A DNA stretch of 64,000 bases from the NCBI GenBank assembly GCA_945868505.1, contig CAMBLO010000004.1, positions 45,063 to 109,062 on the forward strand, in the 5' to 3' direction. Shown here piece after piece: positions 1 through 7,415 of this stretch. The notes below the pieces were generated by a model that was given only the letters and a program-made list of their open reading frames with translations, was not told where the DNA came from and did no database searches. The DNA is from an uncultured Clostridia bacterium. GTDB taxonomy: Bacteria; Bacillota; Clostridia; Lachnospirales; Anaerotignaceae. Position 1 is the first letter of the stretch. Each line of letters begins with the position of its first letter. Both the position numbers and the translations under genes were made by a program.

Positions 1-1776
1 GCAAATGCTGCCGGAAAGAGCGTGAAGCTTTCTGATGGGATGCGTTTATACAGCGGCTACACCATCAGCACACAGAAAAACAGCTATGCTTATATTAGTT
101 TGGACAGCAATAAGGCAGTGAAGCTGGATGCTTCCAGTAAGTGCCAAGTACAGAAATCCGGGAATAAGCTGGAATTGAGGGTGATTTCCGGGAAGCTGTT
201 CTTTAATGTGAGCGCACCCGTAAAAAACAATGAAAGCCTAAATATCCGCACCTCTACTATGGTAACCGGCGTGCGTGGTACATCCGGCGTGGTGGAAAAG
301 ATAAGCCCCGTTGTTTCCAAGCTGTATTTGATTGAAGGTACAGTGACGGTGACCAGCACGGAGCCTGCAACAGGGCAGATGAGGCAGGCAGTCATTACCG
401 GCGGGCAGACGGCAACGGCCACATTGAATGGCGACTCAGAGACGGGACGGCAGATGTCGCTGACAGTGGGTGCAGTAAAAGAAGAACAGATTCCTGGTTT
501 CGTTGCAGTGGAAGTGGAAAAAGATCCTGCATTGCAGCGAAGAATCAAGGAAAAATCTCCTCTTTCCATACCAAAAATCATCGGCGATGCTGCTGGACGT
601 CTTAAAGGAGAACAGCAAACCGCAGAAGAGAAAAGCAAGAAGATTGAAGAAAATCTGAAAGAAAGCGGAGTAATCACAGAGAAAAAGACCAAGCCTGTAT
701 TTAAAACACCGACCGGAGGCGGCGGTGGCGGCGGTGGTTCGTCTGCACCTGCTCTGACACAGACAACCTTGGATAATCCCACTGCGGCGGAATTGCAGGC
801 GGCTTTGGCAAGTTATGATATCGTAAATGTGGAAAATGCTGCTCCAAGTGAACTATACAAACCTGATGATCCTGATTACGTTTCTGCAAAATATGAAGTC
901 GCCAGCGGCAAAACACTGAATATCATTTCCGGTACAATGTTTGTGGGAATAGGAGAGACCCTTACTGTTGATGGCACGATGAATGTTGCCAGCGGTAGCA
1001 CCTTCCAAAATGTTGGTGAAACTACCATCAATGGCACGATAGGAATTTCCGGCGAATTTATGAATTCAGGCAAAACTACCATCAACGGTACGATGAATGT
1101 GGATGGCACAGCAACAAATAATGGTACGATTGAAGTTTTGAGTGACAATAGCCTTCATGTGAAAGGTACGTTGACCAATTATGGCACGATTAATGTGGGC
1201 AATGAAAATACGGGGGAAAAAGGTTGGTTGGATATTACAGGCAATCTGGTGACATCAATTGACGGAGTGCCATCGGATTGTAAAATTCAAGTTTTTTCGG
1301 ACAGTAAATTCAGCATCATTGCAAGAACCGAAGGTGAATTGATTTTCCTCAACATGGCAACAGATGTTATCATTGCAGATGGAACGACTATTCAACTGAC
1401 AGAAGATTTAGTAATTCCAAGTGGAGTGACATTGACTGTAAATGGTATACTTACCAGTGAAAATAGGGTTACCATACACTGTATAGGAAAGCTCATAGGC
1501 GCTGAGAATTGTATAAACATCGAAATTGCTGATGGAGAACTGCTCCAAGATTATTCGACTGCACAGGAACCTGTCGAAGACACAGAAATGGATACATCCA
1601 GCGATGATACCCAGCAAGTGCTAAGTGATGCGACACAGGAGAATTCCTCTGATGCCACATCGGACAATAATTTAAACAATTCTTCGGAATTAGATTCGCC
1701 TGATGGAGAAGATTCCCGGGACAATCAGTTATCTACGGGAGGAGAGCCTGATGAACAGGCAGGGGATACTGCATGA
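1..1776 (+). CDS. FecR-domain protein with a poly-Gly linker and a repeat-rich (beta-helix-like) C-terminal region; the 5' end probably lies upstream of the window
   Basis: This frame is open from nt 1, and the first start-like codon is GTG at 22. The N-terminal part (KLELRVISGKLFFNV...TMVTGVRGTSGVV...LYLIEGTVTV) looks like a FecR (PF04773) fold. There is a G8 run at nt 715-738, tandem GT(M/I)N-type repeats at nt ~940-1210, and an acidic S/D-rich tail. The stop overlaps the next start (ATGA at 1773-1776). Confidence 0.6.
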   Translation, partial: ANAAGKSVKLSDGMRLYSGYTISTQKNSYAYISLDSNKAVKLDASSKCQVQKSGNKLELRVISGKLFFNVSAPVKNNESLNIRTSTMVTGVRGTSGVVEKISPVVSKLYLIEGTVTVTSTEPATGQMRQAVITGGQTATATLNGDSETGRQMSLTVGAVKEEQIPGFVAVEVEKDPALQRRIKEKSPLSIPKIIGDAAGRLKGEQQTAEEKSKKIEENLKESGVITEKKTKPVFKTPTGGGGGGGGSSAPALTQTTLDNPTAAELQAALASYDIVNVENAAPSELYKPDDPDYVSAKYEVASGKTLNIISGTMFVGIGETLTVDGTMNVASGSTFQNVGETTINGTIGISGEFMNSGKTTINGTMNVDGTATNNGTIEVLSDNSLHVKGTLTNYGTINVGNENTGEKGWLDITGNLVTSIDGVPSDCKIQVFSDSKFSIIARTEGELIFLNMATDVIIADGTTIQLTEDLVIPSGVTLTVNGILTSENRVTIHCIGKLIGAENCINIEIADGELLQDYSTAQEPVEDTEMDTSSDDTQQVLSDATQENSSDATSDNNLNNSSELDSPDGEDSRDNQLSTGGEPDEQAGDTA

Positions 1777-3593
1777 TGAAGCTTTCTACAAGAACTATCG
1801 CAGCCTCTATGGCTATTGCCGGTATTTTTACGGCAGTGGCGGGATACGGGCTATTGGAACATCCCGACGGCACCCTCAGCGACCGTTTATACCATCATGC
1901 GTCTGCGTCTGATGGGGAGATTGTTGTCATCGGTATGGACCAGCGGGCATTGGATGCCCTTGGGCCCATGCCGTGGCCCCGTTCCTATATGGCAGATGCC
2001 ATCAACTATCTCAACGCAGACCCGGAGCAAAAGCCTGCCGTAATCGGCATTGATGTGTTGTATGTGGGGGAAAGTGCAGACCCGGATGGGGATGCGGCTT
2101 TGGTGGCAGCGGCAGAGGTAGGTGGAAACGTGGTAACAGCCGCCGCAGCTACCTTTGGCAGCGATTTGGTGGCAGATGGGGAGGAGTTTTACATGGATTC
2201 CCGTGCCGTTCTGGCATGGGATGCCCCCTTTTCTCCTTTGGATGCCGCCACAGAAACGGGCCATATCAATGCTATGGCGGATGAGGATGGTATTCTCCGT
2301 CATGGGCTGTTGTATGTGGATACGCCGGAGGAAGAACGGGTTTATTCCTTTTCCAGAAAGATATATGAACGCTATGCGGAAGAAAAGGGCATCACTCCAA
2401 GGTCACTGCCCCAAACGCAGGATGGCTTTTTCTATCTTCCATACACTTCCGCACCCGGCGGATATTATGACGGTGTTTCTATTTTAGATTTGCTGGAAGA
2501 AACGGTGGATGCTTCCTATTTTGCCGACAAGATTGTTTTGATTGGCCCTTACGCTGCCGGACTTCAGGACGAATACCGCACATCCATTGACCATGCCGCA
2601 CCTATGTATGGCATTGAGATACAAGCAAACCAGATTGATGCCTTTCGCAGCGGCTTTCTTCCGCAAGAGGTGCCGCAGGCAGTACAGCTTGTCCTATTGT
2701 TCTGTATCAGCTTTTTGGCGCTGCTTTGGTTTCGGGATAGAAAAGTCAGCCTGTCCGTAGTAGCTTGGCTGGCAGTCAGCCTTGGCTGGATAGGGCTTTG
2801 CGCAGTGTTGTATTGCAGCGGATGGGTACTGCATGCCTTTTGGGTGCCTTTCGCGGTAACGATGCTGTTTATCTGCACGGTGGCTGTGAACTATAAAAAT
2901 GCTCAGAAAGAAAAGCGCAGGATTACCGATACCTTTGGGCGATACGTTGACCCAGCTATTTTGAAGGAATTGTTGGTACAGGGCGGTGCTGCGGAGGATT
3001 TGGGCGGAAAAATGTTTGATATCGCTGTATTGTTTGTGGATATCCGAGGATTTACAACCATGAGCGAATCCTTGCCTCCTACCACTATTGTGGAAATCCT
3101 GAACCGCTACCTTTCCCTGACGACCGAGTGCATCATGCGCTATCAGGGTACGCTGGATAAATTCGTTGGGGACTGCACGATGGCCTTTTGGAATGCGCCG
3201 CTGCCTCAGGAAGATGCTGTTTATCTGGCTTGCTGTGCCGCTATGGATATGGTGGAAGGTTCCAAAGCCTTGGGCGAGGAACTTTTGGAAAAATACGGTC
3301 GTACAGTCAGCTTTGGTGTCGGTGTACACGCGGGGCCTGCGGTCGTTGGGAATATCGGCGCACCCCAGCGGATGGACTATACCGCTATTGGGGATACAGT
3401 GAACACCTCCGCTCGTTTGGAGGCCAACGCTCCCGGCGGCAAGGTGCTGATTTCACAGGTGGTTGCAGATGCTTTGGGCGACAGAGCAGAAACAACTTCC
3501 TTGGGCGGTTCTATCAAGTTGAAGGGGAAGGCGGAAGGCTTTGAAACCCTGACGCTGGATTCCCTGCAGCGAAATTGCAGAAGGACAAAATAA
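1773..3593 (+). CDS. CHASE2 sensor-domain class III adenylate/guanylate cyclase
   Basis: It has an N-terminal signal anchor and a CHASE2-like segment (EIVVIGMDQRALDALGPMPWPRSYMA...AVIGIDVLY). A block of TM helices lies at nt ~2680-2890. The C-terminal cyclase domain carries FVDIRGFTTMSE, DKFVGDCTMAFW and IGDTVNTSARLE. Confidence 0.85.
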   Translation: MMKLSTRTIAASMAIAGIFTAVAGYGLLEHPDGTLSDRLYHHASASDGEIVVIGMDQRALDALGPMPWPRSYMADAINYLNADPEQKPAVIGIDVLYVGESADPDGDAALVAAAEVGGNVVTAAAATFGSDLVADGEEFYMDSRAVLAWDAPFSPLDAATETGHINAMADEDGILRHGLLYVDTPEEERVYSFSRKIYERYAEEKGITPRSLPQTQDGFFYLPYTSAPGGYYDGVSILDLLEETVDASYFADKIVLIGPYAAGLQDEYRTSIDHAAPMYGIEIQANQIDAFRSGFLPQEVPQAVQLVLLFCISFLALLWFRDRKVSLSVVAWLAVSLGWIGLCAVLYCSGWVLHAFWVPFAVTMLFICTVAVNYKNAQKEKRRITDTFGRYVDPAILKELLVQGGAAEDLGGKMFDIAVLFVDIRGFTTMSESLPPTTIVEILNRYLSLTTECIMRYQGTLDKFVGDCTMAFWNAPLPQEDAVYLACCAAMDMVEGSKALGEELLEKYGRTVSFGVGVHAGPAVVGNIGAPQRMDYTAIGDTVNTSARLEANAPGGKVLISQVVADALGDRAETTSLGGSIKLKGKAEGFETLTLDSLQRNCRRTK

Positions 3594-3650
3594 TATTGCT
3601 CGGTTTGACGAGAATTAAAAGAATACAGATTCCTATGAAGGGGGATTTTT

Positions 3651-5165
3651 ATGAAACGAAAGGTTTTGGCTTTGACACTGGCGGCGACACTGCTGTCTGC
3701 AGCTCCCGTCAACGGCATGACACCGATAGATTTTTCCGGCGGGGCGCTTTCCGGCATCGTGCAGGACGGAGACACTCTGCTGGTTACGGATACATATAAC
3801 AAGATGATTTGGCGGGTGGAAAATGATACTGCGGTGCAGGCCGTTGGAAAAATTGCCTTGCAGGGTCTGGATGGAGAACCCATGGGATTCTATCGGGATG
3901 GAAAGCTGGACGAAACTCTGTTCATGGAACCGTGGGGCATTACGGCCTTTTTGGATGGCTATGCCGTGACAGATGCCGAAGCGAATGTGGTGCGTTATAT
4001 TGATGAAAAAAATGTGCGGACTGCTGCCGGCAGCGGAAAAGCCGGAAATGCTGATGGAATCGGCGTAAAAGTAGCCTTTGACCGACCTACGGGCTTGGCA
4101 GCCGATGAGGATGGAAATTTGTATATTGCCGACACGGGCAACGGAGCCATTCGGAAGATGAACAAGAAAGGAAAGGTAACGACTGTACTTTCCGATCTGG
4201 CAGACCCCACAGGGCTGTGCTGGGCAGATGGAGCCCTTTATGTGGCGGAAACCGGACGCAGCCGTATTCTCCGCGTAGAAAACGACCAGATGGAGGTTGT
4301 GGCAGGGGATAGCACTTACCTTGCCGATGGCGAATATGAAGGGGGCTACACAGATGGCCCTGCAGAAAAGGCAAGATTCGATCATCCCCAAGGGCTTGTT
4401 GTAGCTGAAGATGGGACGATTTACATCGCTGATACAGGCAACCACGCTGTGCGAAAGCTGGCGAATGGGCAGGTGACAACGTTGATTTCTGCCGGAGAAA
4501 CACCGGAAGCACCTGTGCAGCCCAGAGGCATGCTGCTGCAAGGAAATACACTGCTTGTAGCAGATTTGTTTACACAGAATCTCTTGTTTTTAGATACAAC
4601 GGAGGAAACGGTTTACTTGGATATCCCCAATGATGCGTGGTACGCAGAGGCTGTGCAGAAGGTTACGGAACGTGGTATTGTATCCGGCACAGGGGATGGT
4701 TGTTTCACTCCCGATGCTCCTGTAACCCGTGGGATGTTTGCAATGATGCTGTCCCGACTGCATCAGAGCGTAGACGGCAGTGCAGTTATCGATGGTGATG
4801 CAGATTTTGCTGATGTACCTGCAGATGCTTGGTTTGCACCTGCTGTGCGTTGGGCAGCAGATCAACGGATTATTGCAGGGGATAACGGCAACTTCCTGCC
4901 CAATGACGGTATTACCAGAGAAGCACTGGCGGCGATTTTGTATCGTTATGCAGGAGGAATGGGATATGATGTTTCTGCTCGGGCAAATCTGAATGGTTTT
5001 TCTGATACAGAAGCGGTATCTCCCTATGCGGCGGATGCCGTAAGCTGGGCGGTTTCTCAGGGAATTCTGGCTGGCAGTGATGGTTCTTTGCAGCCGAAAA
5101 GTGTTGCGAGCCGTGCCGAAACAGCAAAGATGCTGGTTGCATTTATGGATGCCTTAGAGATTTAA
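3651..5165 (+). CDS. Secreted NHL-repeat (beta-propeller) protein with three C-terminal SLH (S-layer homology) domains
   Basis: The signal peptide is MKRKVLALTLAATLLSAAPVNG. Repeated G..D....A.F..P.G...D..G.LY(V/I)AD(T)GN..IR motifs mark the NHL repeats. There are three SLH-like units (DIPNDAWYAEAVQKVTERGIVSG..., FADVPADAWFAPAVRWAADQRIIAG..., FSDTEAVSPYAADAVSWAVSQGILAG...). An SD (AAGGGGG) precedes the ATG at 3651. Confidence 0.8.
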   Translation: MKRKVLALTLAATLLSAAPVNGMTPIDFSGGALSGIVQDGDTLLVTDTYNKMIWRVENDTAVQAVGKIALQGLDGEPMGFYRDGKLDETLFMEPWGITAFLDGYAVTDAEANVVRYIDEKNVRTAAGSGKAGNADGIGVKVAFDRPTGLAADEDGNLYIADTGNGAIRKMNKKGKVTTVLSDLADPTGLCWADGALYVAETGRSRILRVENDQMEVVAGDSTYLADGEYEGGYTDGPAEKARFDHPQGLVVAEDGTIYIADTGNHAVRKLANGQVTTLISAGETPEAPVQPRGMLLQGNTLLVADLFTQNLLFLDTTEETVYLDIPNDAWYAEAVQKVTERGIVSGTGDGCFTPDAPVTRGMFAMMLSRLHQSVDGSAVIDGDADFADVPADAWFAPAVRWAADQRIIAGDNGNFLPNDGITREALAAILYRYAGGMGYDVSARANLNGFSDTEAVSPYAADAVSWAVSQGILAGSDGSLQPKSVASRAETAKMLVAFMDALEI

Positions 5166-5201
5166 GAACCCATTTCAGAAAGAGAGAATAAGATAAGATA
5201 T

Positions 5202-5263
5202 AAAAAGCAGATAGATTGATGGCATTGGAACTTTTGTGCTTCATCAATGTGTCTGCTTTTTTT
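5202..5263 (+). terminator. Rho-independent terminator after the NHL/SLH gene
   Basis: Arms 5207-5221 (gcagatagattgatg) and 5242-5256 (catcaatgtgtctgc) pair at 13 of 15 positions plus one G-T wobble. A T7 run follows at 5257-5263. Confidence 0.7.
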
Positions 5264-5481
5264 ATTATCAGACAATGCTGCAAAATACGGATTCCTCTTT
5301 GATTTATTCGCACGGTTTATGATACAATGAAAAATAATTACATTTTTCAGTTCGTTTTCACAAAGACAGCGATTTGGCAAATAGAGTTTTTTTGGAATTC
5401 TTGTGCAATGCTCTTTTCATTGGAGAAGAACTATGATAAAATAGTTCGGATACATGAAAAATAGATTTGAGGTGACAAACA

Positions 5482-6897
5482 TTGTCTCATACGTTAAATA
5501 CGGAGTTTGAAAGACAACACCATTATATAGAAATCGTAAGAGAAAAAGTCGAGCAAAAAAAGAAGGAGTTGGGCAGACCGCTTTATTTTTATAGTTTGGC
5601 AATGGGCTGCCAGATGAACGCCCATGATTCCGAAAAGTTGGAAGGTATGCTTTCTGAAATGGGCTATGAACGGACCGAGGAAGAAAAGGAAGCAGATTTT
5701 ATTATCTATAATACCTGCTGTGTCCGTGAAAATGCCGAACTGAAGGTATATGGCAAGTTGGGTTGGCTGAAGCATTACAAGGAAACCAAAAACCCCAATG
5801 CCATCATCGCCCTTTGCGGCTGCATGATGCAGCAAGAGACAGTTCTTGCGACCCTGCGTCAGAAATATCGCCATGTGGATATCGTTTTCGGCACATTCAA
5901 CCTGTATAAGCTGCCCGAACTGGTGGCAACTTGTATGGAAACAGGCGAAACGGTCTATGATATCTGGCAGGAGCATCAGGAAGTGGTGGAAGACCTGCCT
6001 GCTATCCGGCATTTCCCTTATAAAGCATCTGTCAACATCATGTTTGGCTGCAACAATTTCTGTTCCTACTGCATCGTGCCTTATGTGCGTGGCAGAGAAC
6101 GTAGCCGCACGCCGGAGGATATTCTGGCGGAGGTGCGAAAACTGGCGGCAGACGGTGTAAAGGAAGTCATGCTGCTTGGTCAGAATGTAAATTCTTACGG
6201 AAAGAATCTGGAAAATCCCGTTTCCTTTGCAGAACTGCTGCGGATGGTGAACGAGGTGGAGGGCATCGAACGCATCCGTTTTATGACCTCCCATCCTAAG
6301 GATCTTTCCGATGAATTGATAAAAGCCATGGCGGAATGTGATAAAGTCTGTAAATATCTGCACCTGCCCGTACAGAGTGGCAGTGATGAGATTTTGAAGC
6401 GCATGAACCGCCACTATACAAAGGAATCCTATATGGAGCTGGTACGCAAGGCGAGAGAGGCTATGCCCGGCATCACCTTGAGTACCGATATCATCGTGGG
6501 TTTCCCCGGCGAAACAGAAGAAGATTTCCAGGAAACTCTGGATGTTATCCGCCAGTCTCGCTACAGCACAGCATTTACCTTCATCTATTCCAAGCGGACA
6601 GGCACCCCTGCGGCGACTATGGAAAATCAAGTTCCCGAGGATGTGGTGAAAGACCGCTTCGACCGGATGCTGGATGTGCTGAACCCCATCGTCCATGAAG
6701 TACATCAGGAGCAGGTGGGCAAGGTGATGACTGTATTTGCGGAAGAGACAAGCAAGCAGGATAAATCCATCCTGACGGGCCGTGCCGACAATAATATGTT
6801 GGTGCATTTCCCCGGCACGGAAGATTTGATCGGGCAGATGATTTCCGTTAAGATCATCGATAACAAAACATTCTATTTAATTGGTGAAAGGATTTAA
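5482..6897 (+). CDS. miaB: tRNA-2-methylthio-N6-dimethylallyladenosine synthase (radical SAM methylthiotransferase)
   Basis: It has the UPF0004 N-domain (MGCQMNAHDSEKLEG...YNTCCVRENAE), the radical SAM motif CNNFCSYCIVPYVRG, and a C-terminal TRAM-like domain. The start is TTG at 5482, preceded by GAGGTGA. Confidence 0.9.
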   Translation: MSHTLNTEFERQHHYIEIVREKVEQKKKELGRPLYFYSLAMGCQMNAHDSEKLEGMLSEMGYERTEEEKEADFIIYNTCCVRENAELKVYGKLGWLKHYKETKNPNAIIALCGCMMQQETVLATLRQKYRHVDIVFGTFNLYKLPELVATCMETGETVYDIWQEHQEVVEDLPAIRHFPYKASVNIMFGCNNFCSYCIVPYVRGRERSRTPEDILAEVRKLAADGVKEVMLLGQNVNSYGKNLENPVSFAELLRMVNEVEGIERIRFMTSHPKDLSDELIKAMAECDKVCKYLHLPVQSGSDEILKRMNRHYTKESYMELVRKAREAMPGITLSTDIIVGFPGETEEDFQETLDVIRQSRYSTAFTFIYSKRTGTPAATMENQVPEDVVKDRFDRMLDVLNPIVHEVHQEQVGKVMTVFAEETSKQDKSILTGRADNNMLVHFPGTEDLIGQMISVKIIDNKTFYLIGERI

Positions 6898-6908
6898 GGT
6901 GACAAATT

Positions 6909-7313
6909 ATGGCAACAGTATTTGAAATGGCAAGAGCATTGGGCGAAGAACTGCAGAAAACTCCTCAGGTAGAAGCATTGCTGGCTGCAAAGGAAGCTTA
7001 TGAAAAAGACCCCGAAATCGCAAAACTGGTAGAAGAATACACAAAACTGCACTACGATTTCGAAGCAAAAATGCAGGCTGGTGGTATCTCCGTTGAAGAA
7101 CAGAGAGCATTCAACGAAGAAATGAAAACAAAAGGTGAAGCCATCAGAACAAACAAACTGGCTTCTGATCTGTATGTTGCTGAGCAGAACTTCAATAACT
7201 TCATGAATTCTGTATTCAACATCATCACATCAACTCTGACAGGCGAAGAACCCGAAGCTGCCGGCGGCTGTGACCCTAGCTGCTGCTCTTCCTGTGGCGG
7301 CGGCTGCCACTGA
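6909..7313 (+). CDS. YlbF/YmcA-family (DUF963-like) regulatory protein with a Cys-rich C-terminal tail
   Basis: A helical 134-aa protein (ARALGEELQKTPQVEALLAAKEAYEKDPEIAKLVEEY...) typical of the YlbF/YheA family. The tail is GGCDPSCCSSCGGGCH. An SD (AAGGTGA) precedes the ATG. Confidence 0.6.
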   Translation: MATVFEMARALGEELQKTPQVEALLAAKEAYEKDPEIAKLVEEYTKLHYDFEAKMQAGGISVEEQRAFNEEMKTKGEAIRTNKLASDLYVAEQNFNNFMNSVFNIITSTLTGEEPEAAGGCDPSCCSSCGGGCH

Positions 7314-7338
7314 TTATTTCGTAGATATTGTTTTTTTG

Positions 7339-7381
7339 CCCGAATGGGGGAAAGTGCGTGCATTTTCCTCTATTCGGGTTT
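7339..7381 (+). terminator. Hairpin, a possible weak terminator or attenuator, between the ylbF-like gene and mutS
   Basis: cccgaat (7339-7345) pairs with attcggg (7372-7378), with inner gggaaa/tttcc pairing, followed by ttt. The T tract is short. Confidence 0.3.
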
Positions 7382-7415
7382 GCTTGTAAAAAAGGGAGAA
7401 GGAGGAAGTTCATCC

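Noticed and set aside
715-738. The (GGN)8 tract encoding Gly8 in the FecR-like gene, as a possible slipped-strand phase-variation site.
   Set aside because: The codons are mixed (GGA/GGC/GGT), so it is not a homopolymer or a perfect short tandem repeat. It is more likely just a flexible linker.
5494-6807. A 437-aa minus-strand ORF opposite miaB. Similar long antisense ORFs lie at 14317-15936, 34538-35782, 36606-37694 and 49280-50305.
   Set aside because: All lie antisense to genes with strong family motifs and have biased, motif-less translations. I treat them as shadow ORFs.
7344-7415. An upstream extension of mutS from the ORF-track start at 7344. The same applies to tgt (ORF-track start 34433), yajC (35820), sbcD (37224), dprA (43886), uppS (50773) and ispG (54755).
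   Set aside because: The extensions add non-homologous residues and, for tgt, overlap a divergent gene. In each case an internal ATG with a good SD coincides with the conserved N-terminus.
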